Shown piece by piece: positions 23,764 to 34,699 of a stretch of DNA of 64,000 bases. A program made the translations under genes and the position numbers. The notes beneath the pieces are model-generated. The model was not told where the DNA came from. It worked only from the letters and a program-made list of their open reading frames with translations, and searched no databases. Every line of letters begins with the position of its first letter. Position 1 is the stretch's first letter. Origin of the DNA: Hydrolagus colliei (lineage: Eukaryota); contig CM068757.1 of NCBI GenBank assembly GCA_035084275.1, positions 16,802,001 through 16,866,000 of the forward strand, given 5' to 3'.

Positions 23764-25505
23764 GCCTGTCATGCTGGCTCCTGGAGTGCAGGCGGAGAGT
23801 GGATTCCCTACCTGTGAACATGGCTATTTAGTTGTTTCAGTTACAAGTTGTGAGGGTGTGGCCGATCTGATATGCGCAGCCAGTTATTATCTAAAATTGT
23901 AGGCGTTTCACACTAATCAAAGAATCTTGAACTTGGTGTGTTGGTGATTGATTGCAAGTTGATATGGGGTAGGATGAAGGGAATAGATGCCATTTCACCC
24001 GCACTCAAAGGTTTACTTTCTGCATTCAATGCTGCGGTGACACACTGCCTCTTTTCGTGCTAATTTCTCGTAAGAGTCAGAACGTTATTGATTCAGTACC
24101 AGGTCAGAAATTTCAGCTATGACTGGACTGAATTTCAAATTCAGGACTGCGTGAAGACTGTATTGTCAACAAAACAATTGTCGACAAAGCAGTCACTCTA
24201 TGCATGCGTGTGGGGAAGTTACTGTGTTCAAATTGTCAATCCTATTTGTCTTCAAAACATGGTGTAATTATTTTTACACAAACAAATTTTTATACAGCAC
24301 CACCAACATGAAAAGCATTCTATAAAAGGCAAGCATTAATGTAATTATTATCACTTTCCAACCTGTTTGGAAATACATGCAAGGCAGAAGGCTCAATTAA
24401 CGTAGTTCTGTAATTGCAAAATTTAACTAAACTAGGACAATTTTAGTTTTGTTCAGGGCAATTTTATTCTGTTTCCAAAAATATACTGAAGCAGTTTTCC
24501 ATATTGACGATAAGAAAAGCTACCACATTTATTATGGCAGTAAAATCCACTTAACAACAACAACATCACATTTATAGATCGCCTTTCATGTCGGGAGGAT
24601 GGCCGAAGGCACTGAAAAATATGGAACGCTTCACAAATGTCATTAAGGTTGGCTGCGTATTTGGGTGATAGACAATAAGTTAGAAAACGTCTCACAGAAA
24701 TTGAATCTTGAACAACATTATGATTGTTCATGCTTTAGACAAACAAGCCTTAATACTCTCCAGCTGCAGTGTTTATAATGTAAATGAGGAAACCGATATT
24801 AACTGTCACAGGAAGCACATGTTATAGCTGCTGAGGAAGTGAGTTACTGAATGGCACGTGGCAAGTTATGTCAGTTGCAACTCATGTTGTCTGTGTGTTT
24901 GTTATATCACTTGCTGGTGGATGGCAGCTTTAGACGGTGCACAATTGAGGACATTTCACAGCAATGTTTTTTGTAGCTGTTAACATTCCCTGGGTGAACA
25001 GAGCTATATTAATACAAGTTTCTGTTTTTTATGTATTTCCCTATGAAGATACGATACAATAACACGTACATGGGGCATGTAGCAACACCCATAATGGAAG
25101 CATTTTCAGGCTATCTTTGTGACATTATGATTGTAATTCATAAAAATATTAATAATCTTTTTTTTTTTAATTGCACCGTATCACTTATACAAAGTGCTTC
25201 ACAGGGCTTTTCAGAATGTACTGCAAATGCATCGACTGCATATTGTGTGAGAAAAAAAGCGAAAGCCTAGTTTGTGCATCGGGACCCATTAGATTTAATG
25301 ATATTAAAAATATTTTGAAGGAAATATTGCACCTTGAATCCATCAGTTGACTAATAACAACATTCCAACTTACTGCAAGACAAACAGAGGCATATATACA
25401 GAGTAAGGAAACATGCCCCACGTTTCGCTTTGCCGGGAATGGAACCCTTGTTTCTCGCTTGAGAGGTGAGTGCTTTAACCACTGAGCTACAGGACTCCAC
25501 GTGAT

Positions 25506-25536
25506 AGTTATTGTAGGGCGATAGCCCTGAACTGTG
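25506..25536 (-). other. Defective RSS (15-nt spacer)
   Basis: CACAGTT - CAGGGCTATCGCCCT (15 nt) - ACAATAACT; the nonamer is identical to that of V1. Confidence 0.75.
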
Positions 25537-25830
25537 CAGTTTGATGCTCAGTAATAAGTCTGTCACTCTCACTTGGGATATATTTAAACGGACAGTGTTC
25601 CCCACTTTATCCACAAACATTGATAAACGTCCTTTGGTAAAGTCAGCATATTGTGGGCTGTTGCTGGTGGATGTCTTTAGGATATATTCTCAAGCTGTAT
25701 TGTGATAGTGACGGTACCAGAACCATCTGTTGTACTATAATTACACTGCAGATGCACATCATCCCCTTCTTCCAACTGTCACATCATCAGATCTGCTGTA
25801 TGGTTCCTTCATTGGTTCTCCTCCAACACT
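25537..25830 (-). pseudogene. TCR V pseudogene
   Basis: Minus strand, across frameshifts: EEGDDVHLQCNYSTTD / WFWYRHYHNTA*EYILKTSTSNSPQYADFTKGRLSMFVDKVGNTVRLNISQVRVTD / YY* (TGT to TGA; the SAV codons are missing), then a degenerate RSS. 5' boundary approximate. Confidence 0.85.
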
Positions 25831-26096
25831 GACGTGTCTTTGATCAACCAGGGGCCTCACACGTGCAGCAATATCCACATTTCAATTTGTCCACAGGACA
25901 TTCACGAGTTCCACATGTGTACTACATATGGATTCCTGTATAGCATTGGTATCAACACTCGGCCACAATCGAGGTGCCTGATTCCCAGCAGGGACATATT
26001 GGATAAGTTTCCTTACTCTAAACACGCACCTTGGTTTACCTTGCAGTAAGTAGGAATTTTGTTATTAGGCAATTAACGGTTGCTTTCCAGTGTTTT

Positions 26097-26450
26097 CTTA
26101 TTAATGATAATAATAATCCTTGCATTTGATATAACCCTTTGCACATCTTATCAACGTCTCGAAGCTCTTCACAGAATATACTGTAAAGTGAATTGACTGT
26201 ATATTTGTGGGCAAAACACAGCAGCCAATTGCGCACAGCAGAGTCCTCCACAAACAGTTGTGGATTGAAATTGACCAATTTGATAATTGTGGGGTTTTTT
26301 TGACGGATTATTATCAGGCATGTCTGTGTCTGTGTGTGTGTGTGTATATGGAGTAAGGAAACTTGCCCACAGTTTTGCTCTGATTTTCCTGGATTTGAAA
26401 CACAGGTCTCATGCTCGTAACGCGAGTGCTCTAACCACTGAGCTACAGGA
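26097..26450 (-). mobile_element. tRNA-derived SINE, near full length (further copies at about 1-215, 10135-10350, 27350-27745, 28900-29070, 33985-34230, 37250-37480, 45920-46100)
   Basis: Same head (ctgtagctcagtggttagagcac...), body and (ATA)n tail. Confidence 0.75.
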
Positions 26451-27764
26451 GCTTGACATAATAATTAACTCAATCTACGTCTGCTGGTGGGACATTGTTG
26501 TGTACAATGGATGCCTCGTTTCGCCCACAACAACAACAAACAAAATTGCCTTTACAGCACCTTGCACATCGGTAGGCATCCAACAGACACAATACTTGAC
26601 ACTATGTTCTGTGAGGCGATCTGAGACACCTCAATGAAGAGATTAGGCAGATTTTCAAAATACGCCTGTTATGAAATTAACCAGGTGAATGAAGTGGAAG
26701 ACCCTGAGTGTGTGCAAAGGGCTAGACAATTCCCTAATGTGTGTTGGCTTCACATCTTCTGGAGAAGGTGGCATTTGGTAACGAGGTGAAATGAGCCAAT
26801 CAGAGGGTTCAAAACCAAAGGGGAAGAGCTGTGTCACGTCACGTTAGTGTTTACTCAGCTGTCTCTGCCCCAGTTGAAAATTAGTTGAATGTTTCCGTCC
26901 TTCCCCATTTCCACTATATGATTGGGTTACAGCAGTTTGGATACAAAACATCACCTTCCCAGCAAAATTAATTGTTGCTCGGTTTATTTCACTAAATGCC
27001 ACTTCATCTTTTCCCGTTTATTTTTTAAACCAGAAGTCTGACAAGGATGTGGAAACCAATCACTATGCTTATGAGTACACATTGAAATGTGAGTTGCAAG
27101 AATAATCCTTGCGTTTGATATAGCGTCTGATCGTGACATTGAGACGTCACTGTGTAATTCACAGAAGGTTCTGATAAATGTTGCTGCGGTGTATTTTGTA
27201 GACAACACGAGGAAACCAATTGCATACTGCGCTGTCTCACAAACATTCATACATCGAGATTTTATTAGATGGATTACTAGCCCAAATATGCAAGATCAAA
27301 TTAGTCTCTACGTACTGATATACAGATAAATACTACTACTAATATTAATGATTATAATAATCCTTGAATTTGATACAGCAGCTTATCATGTCTTTGAGAT
27401 GTTAATAAGCAATGTACAGGTTGTACTGTGAAGTGAATTGACTGTACATTGATAGACTGAATACAACAACAACAACAACAACTTTGATTTATATAGCACC
27501 CTCCACGCCGGATGGCGTCTCAGAGCGCTTACAAAAACCAATTGCGCACAGCGGTCTCCCACAAACATACATTCTTTGAAGAAGAACTTTTTTTAAAACA
27601 AATTATTATCTCCAGAAAATGAACCGATAGTGGTCTAAAAACAGATTTCCTATTCATTGCTTTCCCAACCCTTTAACCTGATGGTTATGAAACCGAGGTT
27701 CTATGATTTGTGAATCGAGCGCTTTATCCGTTGAGCTACAGTAATCCCAGAATTCTTCTGTACA

Positions 27765-27895
27765 TAAAACACAAAATACTACAGATGCTGGGAGCTGAAA
27801 CAAAAACAGAAGTTGCTGGGGAAACTCAGTAGGTCAGGCAGCATCCATGGAGAAAGCAAAATGAGTCAACGTTTCAGGTGTACAACTTCGCTCAA
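27765..27895. mobile_element. Penelope-like element terminal fragment
   Basis: aaaacacaaaatactacagatgctgg...gttgctggggaaactcag...gagtcaacgtttcagg, also present at 43473-43560. Family assignment is from recalled similarity to chondrichthyan PLE ends, not from a search. Confidence 0.5.
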
Positions 27896-28365
27896 ACTTC
27901 GCTCCCCCATTACCCCAGTCCTTGCCAGACTTCACTGTCTCCCTATCTCAGAGAGGATCGACTTCAAGATCCTCTCTCTTGTCTTCAAATCCCTCCACTC
28001 CTCTGCTCCCCCCTACCTCTCTGATCTCCTCTCTCAACCCAGCACCCGCTGCCTTCGCTCCTCTGGGTCTGGCCTCCTCCATGTCCCCCCGAATCCTCCA
28101 CTCCACCTCTGGCGGCCGTGCCTTCAGCCACTATGCCCTGAGGCTCTGGAATTCCCTTCCTCACTCGCTTCGCCTCCTCGCCCCCTCTCTTCTCAGCTTC
28201 AGGTCCCAGCGAAAGACCTTTCTCTTCAACCATGCCTTTGGTCACCTATCTCTGCCCCTGCCCCTGCCCCTGGCTCGGTCCCGGGATCCGCTATTGTGGA
28301 GCGCTCTGAGATGCCGTCCGGCGTGGAGGGCGCTATATAAAGCAAAGTTGTTGTTGTTGTTGCTG
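27892..28365 (+). mobile_element. L2 LINE 3' end with (GTT)n tail
   Basis: SPITPVLARLHCLPISERIDFKILSLVFKSLHSSAPPYLSDLL...GGRAFS..ALRLWNSLP; tail gagggcgctatataaagcaaagttgttg. Confidence 0.9.
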
Positions 28366-28705
28366 TTGAAGGAATCGAGAGGAATGTTTTATGCTGGTCT
28401 GCCCTTCGAAGTCCTTGTCATCACCAGTGAGAGCCCTGGAGCACTGCAGACTCTCCTCCATCAGAAAACAGACCAAAGACCATCGGGGCTGTTGGGCGGC
28501 AAGGGTGTTGGGGGGGTGGGGTGGGGGTTTTGGGGGGTGGGGTGGGTTGGGGGGTGGGGTGGGGTGGGGGTTTTGGGGGTTGGGGTTTTGGGGGGTGTTG
28601 GGGGGGTTTTGGGGGGTGGGGTGGGTTGGGGGTGGGGGGATGGTGAGGTGGGGTGGGGGGTGAGTTGAGGAGCTAGGAAGGATTCTTTACTAAGAACACA
28701 GTTCA

Positions 28706-28724
28706 TCGCCACCATCTGGCGGTA
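28706..28724 (-). promoter_or_regulatory. Candidate CTCF-binding element at the distal edge of the V cluster
   Basis: Minus strand TACCGCCAGATGGTGGCGA resembles the CTCF core. Motif match only. Confidence 0.3.
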
Positions 28725-30225
28725 GCAAGGCAGTACCGCATGATTTTATCGTTAATTTGAACACACAATAACTGACAGTAAACGATTATACTCCTCAAAT
28801 GCATTAACATCAGGAGAGATGTAGAAAACGGGAATTCATTTATCTGGTTGATGGCTCTCTAAAAATTGATAGTATTAAACAGACCCGAGGCGCGGAGGAA
28901 TAATAATACTCATTGCATTTGATGTAACTGTTTCCACATCTGATGAGAAGCTCACATAATTTACTGTAAAGTGAATTAACTGTACATTTATCGGTGAAAT
29001 GCATCAGAGAATTGCACACAGTAGGGTCCCACAAAGATTTGCGGATTGAAGTGACCAATTTATCATTTTATACAATTAATACAAGTAATTTAACGTAATT
29101 ACATTAAATGTAACGTAATTTACAATGGTAAATGTTTATTTACATAAACACGTGATAAGGAATAAAAATGTATTGGACATTTACAAGACACCACAAAAAA
29201 GGAAAAACTCAAAACGTGATCCGACCTAATCGGGGCTAAATAAATCCAGATTGTGTTGTTCTTGAAAAAGTAATAATATCTGGGGTCAATGAAGTTGGAG
29301 TTGTAATACTGCACACAGCCACTGGGGAGGTGTTATATTGTGATGAGGTAAAGTATAATATAATTATACATGATATAATACAGTATAATAACACATATAG
29401 TATATAATACAGTGCAGCACGGCCACCTGCTGTACATATGCTTGTCAATGCCTATCTGCCTGGACTTGGCGACCAATTAAATTCGCCCCCCACCCTATTC
29501 AGTGTGTTATCACTGTAGGATGTTGGGGAGTCAGAAAACTCGCAAGAAGATGCTCCTGGAATTTTTAATTATTTTTTTCCCTAGTTCTTGCCATCGGTGC
29601 ATATTTGTCATTCTTATCAAAGGTAAGGTTCTCGGTGATAGTCAACAATGAACAGCACAGATTAAAAGTTCAGTATTTATTATTAAGAACATCATACATA
29701 AGAAGTAGGAGCAGGAGTAGGCCATTCGATCATGGCTGATATTCCATTGTAACTCCAGCTACCTGCCCTATCCCCATACCCCCTTAATCCAACTGCATCC
29801 AACAGTATCCAACAGCACTCCAAAGCAGTATTTCAGCCATTCTGCTCCTTTGGAACTCCTTCTGGGAAACCCTCATACTCTCTCCCTTTCTCTCCGCGTT
29901 CAAGGTCTGATTCAATGTCTACCACTACCGCGCTTTTGGTCCCCTGTCTAATCCCACCTGTTCAGCCCCCTCCCCCAATTCGTCCTCCAAGCCCAGATCA
30001 GGAAGAAGGCGTGGACTGTTCCACACTTTGGGAAATCTGTGAGGTGGAATGCACTGGCTGCCACATTCCACTCAAAAATATATTTTCACTCCACTTTGTG
30101 ATGTCTGAGTCATGTGCTATGAAGTGCAAACATTATTATTACAGCTGATTGTAACTGCTGAAAACACAAACAGGTTGATGAGCGTGATTTTACAGATTGG
30201 AGAGAGTTGAGGCTCTGGCTGTTAC

Positions 30226-30493
30226 CCTGCAGAGAGATTTCGACTCGCTTGCTCTCTGGTGATGTAGACTTTCGTCTGTCTATGTGTGTGTATGTGTATT
30301 TACACCAGTAATCCCCAGCACTGATCTCGGATGGGGTGAAGTTCTTCCCTGGAGCTGGCTGTGATCTGATCCGCTCGTGTCTCTGAATAAAGAGAAGTTG
30401 CTGCCAGGATAGTTGCCAGGACACAAGATCTCAGCACTTTCCCTGTTGCAAACACCCGGGAATACAGCTTCAGGTTGGGTTTCTGGAGTGGAT
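30226..30493 (-). pseudogene. Ig-superfamily domain exon (LRC/FcR-like C2/I type) with two -1 frameshifts
   Basis: Acceptor ttccAG, donor GTAACA, 268 nt. Adding one base at each of two sites gives a 270-nt phase 1-1 exon: DPLQKPNLKLYSRVFATGESAEILCPGNYPGSNFSLFRxHERIRSQPAPGKNFTPSEISAGDYWCKYTYTHIDRRKSTSPESKRVEISLQ. Confidence 0.75.
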
Positions 30494-31134
30494 CTGGAAT
30501 TAAAACACAAAAAGATTACAGTACCTCACAAAATACTCGCCGTGTAACACAGATACGCTTCAGGTCAGAGCAAAAGTGACCATTTGCTTGTATTGCAGCC
30601 AGGAGGAAGTGTTTGGGTGAGAGCAAGGGTGAGGGATGGTGGGGTAGGTTCATGGCACACAGCAGCAAGAGTTTCTCTACACAGAGGGAGGGTCAGCGAT
30701 AACTGTGAGTGGGGTGGCCACAGAAGGTAACACACAACTCCAGCCAGGGACTGATCGACACAAGTTAAGACTGAATCTTTCATGGGATCTTCAGATGTGT
30801 TTTCAAACAACACAATAAGATCTCAACCAAAGGCTCAAACAAACAATGTTGGAGCAACAATTTCACACAGACAGGAGTAAGATGATGGACGTCACTGTCT
30901 GAAGCGGGGATGGAATCAGATAATGTAGATATATTCGAGAGGAAGCCAGATCTCCACAAGAGGTAGAGGGGGATAGAAAAGGCAATCGAGAGAACGTCAC
31001 AAACACTCCTTCTGATCTGTGTTGTGGTAGTCAACATCAGGAGCGATAGTGACCTCAGTGACCATGTGTGAGATTGTTTCTGTCTGAAGCAAAAATGTAG
31101 ACAATTATTAACTCGGGGTCAGTTTGAACTGCGG

Positions 31135-33480
31135 ATCAGTGTGAGCTGGGGGGTCAGTGTGAGCTGGGGGGGGTCAGTGTGAGCTGGGGGGGGGGTCAGT
31201 GTGAGCTGGGCGGTCAGTGTGAGCTGGGGGGGGTCAGTGTGAGCTGGGGGGGTCAGTGTGAGCTGGGGGGGTCAGTGTGAGCTGGGGGGGGGGGTCAGTG
31301 TGAGCTGGGCGGTCAGTGTGAGCTGGGGGGGGTCAGTGTGAGCTGGGGGGGGTCAGTGTGAGCTGGGGGGGTCAGTGTGAGCTGGGGGGGGTCAGTGTGA
31401 GCTGGGGGGGGTCAGTGTGAGCTGGGGGGGGTGTCAGTGTGAGCTGGGGGGTGTCAGTGTGAGCTGGGGGGGGGGGTCAGTGTGAGCTGGGGGGGGTCAG
31501 TGTGAGCTGGGGGGGTTAGTGTGAGCTGGGGGGGTCAGTGTGAGCTGGGGGGGGTGTCAGTGTGAGCTGGGGGGGGGTCAGTGTGAGCTGGGGGGGTTAG
31601 TGTGAGCTGGGGGGGTCAGTGTGAGCTGGGGGGGTCAGTGTGAGATGGGGGGTGTCAGTGTGAGCTGGGCGGTCAGTGTGAGATGGGGGGGGTCAGTGTG
31701 AGATGGGGGGGGTCAGTGTGAGCTGGGGGGGGTCAGTGTGAGCTGGGGGGTCAGTGTGAGCTGGGGGGGTCAGTATGAGCTGGGGGGGTCAGTGTGAGCT
31801 GGGGGGGGCTCAGTGTGAGCTGTGGGGGGGTCAGTATGAGCTGGGGGGGTCAGTGTGAGCTGGGGGGGGGTCAGTGTGAGCTGGGGGGGGGGTCAGTGTG
31901 AGATGGGGGGGTCAGTTTGAGCTGGGGGGTGTCAGTGTGAGATGGGGGGGTCAGTGTGAGCTGGGGAGGTGCTCAGTGTGAGCTGGGGGGGGTCAGTGTG
32001 AGATGGTGGGGGGTCAGTGTGAGCTGGGGGGGTCAGTGTGAGATGGGGGGGTCAGTGTGAGGTGGGGGGGTCAGTGTGAGCTGGGGGGGGGGTCAGTGTG
32101 AGATGGGGGGGTCAGTGTGAGGTGGGGGTCAGTGTGAGGTGGGGGGGTCAGTGTGAGATGGGGGGGTCAGTGTGAGCTGGGGTCAGTGTGAGCTGGGGGG
32201 GTCAGTGTGAGGTGGGGGTCAGTGTGAGGTGGGGGGGGTCAGTGTGAGGTGGGGGGGGTCAGTGTGAGCTGGGGTCAGTGTGAGCTGGGGGGGGGTCAGT
32301 GTGAGCTGGAGGGGGGTCAGTGTGAGCTGGGGGGGTTCAGTGTGAGCTGGGGGGGGCTAAGTATGAGCTGGGGGTGTCAGTGTGAGCTGGGGGGGTCAGT
32401 GTGAGGTGGGGGGGGTCAGTGTGAGCTGGGGGTGGTCAGTGTGAGCTGGGGGGGTCAGTGTGAGCTGGGGGGGTCAGTGTGAGCTGGTGGGGGTCAGTGT
32501 GTGCTGGGGGGGTCAGTGTGAGCTGGGGGGAGTCAGTGTGAGCTGGGGGGGTCAGTGTGAGCTGGGGGGGGTCAGTGTGAGCTGGGGGGGTCAGTGTGAG
32601 CTGGGGGGTGTCAGTGTGAGCTGGGGGGGGGGTCAGTGTGAGCTGGGGGGGGTCAGTGTGAGCTGGGGGTGGGTCAGTGTGAGCTGGGGGGGGTCAGTGT
32701 GAGCTGGGGGGGCTCAGTGTGAGCTGGGGGGGTCAGTGTGAGGTGGGGGGGGTCAGTGTGAGCTGGGGGAGGGGTCAGTGTGAGCTGGGGGTTCAGTGTG
32801 AGGTGGGATCAGTGTGAGCTGGGGGGGGTCAGTGTGAGCTGGGGTCAGTGTGAGCTGGGGGGGTCAGTGTGAGCTGGGGTCAGTGTGAGCTGGGGTCAGT
32901 GTGAGGTGGGGGGGATCAGTGTGAGCTGGGGGGGGGGTCAGTGTGAGATGTGGGGGTCAGTGTGAGCTGGGGTTCAGTGTGAGCTGGGGGGTCAGTGTGA
33001 GGTTGGGTGGGTCAGTGTGAGCTGGGGGGTCAGTGTGAGGTGGGGGGGGTCAGTGTGAGATGTGGGGGTCAGTGTGAGCTGGGGGGTCAGTGTGAGGTTG
33101 GGTGGGTCAGTGTGAGGTGGGGGGGGTCAGTGTGAGATGTGGGGGTCAGTGTGAGCTGGGGGGTCAGTGTGAGCTGGGGGGTCAGTGTGAGCTGGGGGGT
33201 CAGTGTGAGGTGGGGGGGGTCAGTGTGAGATGTGGGGGTCAGTGTGAGCTGGGGGGTCAGTGTGAGCTGGGGGGTCAGTGTGAGGTGGGGGGTCAGTGTG
33301 AGGTTGGGTGGGTCAGTGTGAGATGGGGGGGTCAGTGTGAGGTTGGGTGGGTCAGTGTGAGATGGGGGGGTCAGTGTGAGGTTGGGTGGGTCAGTGTGAG
33401 GTGGGGGGTCAGTGTGAGGTTGGGGGGGGTCAGTGTGAGCTGGGGTCAGTGTGAGATGGGGGGGGTCAGTGTGAGCTGTG
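31135..33480. repeat. G-rich minisatellite (GGTCAGTGTGAGCT-G4..10)n
   Basis: About 2.3 kb; unit about 19-25 bp, varying in G-run length; roughly 100+ copies (estimate). Confidence 0.97.
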
Positions 33481-34699
33481 TTACTGAACTTTAGGTACTC
33501 AACTAACCCTCCCTGCCTTTTCAGGTAGATTTTGGTGATTTTGCTGATCTTGTGACAAATGACAACTATTGTGGAATTTCTCGTTGTGACCTGGTCAACA
33601 ATTCTCAAAATTACACTAAAACTTCCCTTCATGCGGCTTTGTCCAGCGCTCAAATAGTCATTGTTATTATTGGTCATTCATTTAAATATCTCTTCCAGAC
33701 AGGGAACATCACAAGCTGGAGAACATCTCATCCAGTTACTTGGGACATCCTCCAGACTTGAGAGGTGCAGCAAGGTCAATAGTAAAGATACTGTGGAGAG
33801 CTCAGCCTCTCCACCTGCACACATCCACACAACCCCGTCCCCTGTGTTCAGCCCCTCCTTCTGTGATCTTTACCCCACCACCCCTCACCTCACCCAGCAC
33901 CTCTGTGATCGCCCTCCCCCCCTGTGCACACACCTGTAATCACCCCCCCTCCACCCCCCATTAACCCATGTCATCTCCCCATTCGCTTTTCACATCTTAT
34001 CGGCATCTCAATGCACTTCACAGAATAAACTGTAAAGTGAATTGACTGTATATTTGTGGGTGAAACACGGCAGCCAATTGAAATGACCAATTTTACTATT
34101 GTGTTTTAGTTAAAGGGATTATTATTAGGCGTGTGGAGCAAGGAAACTTGCCCAAGGTTTACCCTGATCTGCCTGGATTTCAACACAGGTCTCACACTTG
34201 TAAGGCGAATGCTCTAACCACTGAGCTACAAGAGTTCCACTTCCTCTATATCATATACAGTATTAACAGTCTGTTTCCTGTTTGAATTTCAGTCAGCCAG
34301 GATAATACAATATAATGTAAATGTCCAGAGCGCCTGTCACATTGGGAGGGTGTCTGGGGGTTAAACAATACAACAACAACAACAATACTGACAATAAGGT
34401 TGCCATGACTGTGGTGACATTCAGTACACGTTCCTCTCAATGTCTCTCATTAACAGTAACATTTTATTCCATTACCAGATGTACCTGAAGCACCTACATT
34501 TGCCACCAAATGATAAGGTATGGGATAACAATTCCAGTCTTACCTTAGTTTACCTTATATTATTTGATTGTACTTTACATTATATAATTATACTTCACCT
34601 TAAATTGTTATACTTTATAATTGATTATTATAACTTAGATTATGCTAATATATTTTCTGTTAGTTTATTACACTTTACATTTTGTAATTATACTTCACA

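Noticed and set aside
29550-29622. Plus-strand leader-like exon MLLEFLIIFFPSSCHRCIFVILIK+G with GTAAGG donor
   Set aside because: No V or other matching exon follows on the plus strand; the next acceptor near 29907 runs into a stop.
29958-30036. Candidate transmembrane exon downstream of the Ig-like exon
   Set aside because: Splice signals are present, but no frame gives a convincing hydrophobic helix.
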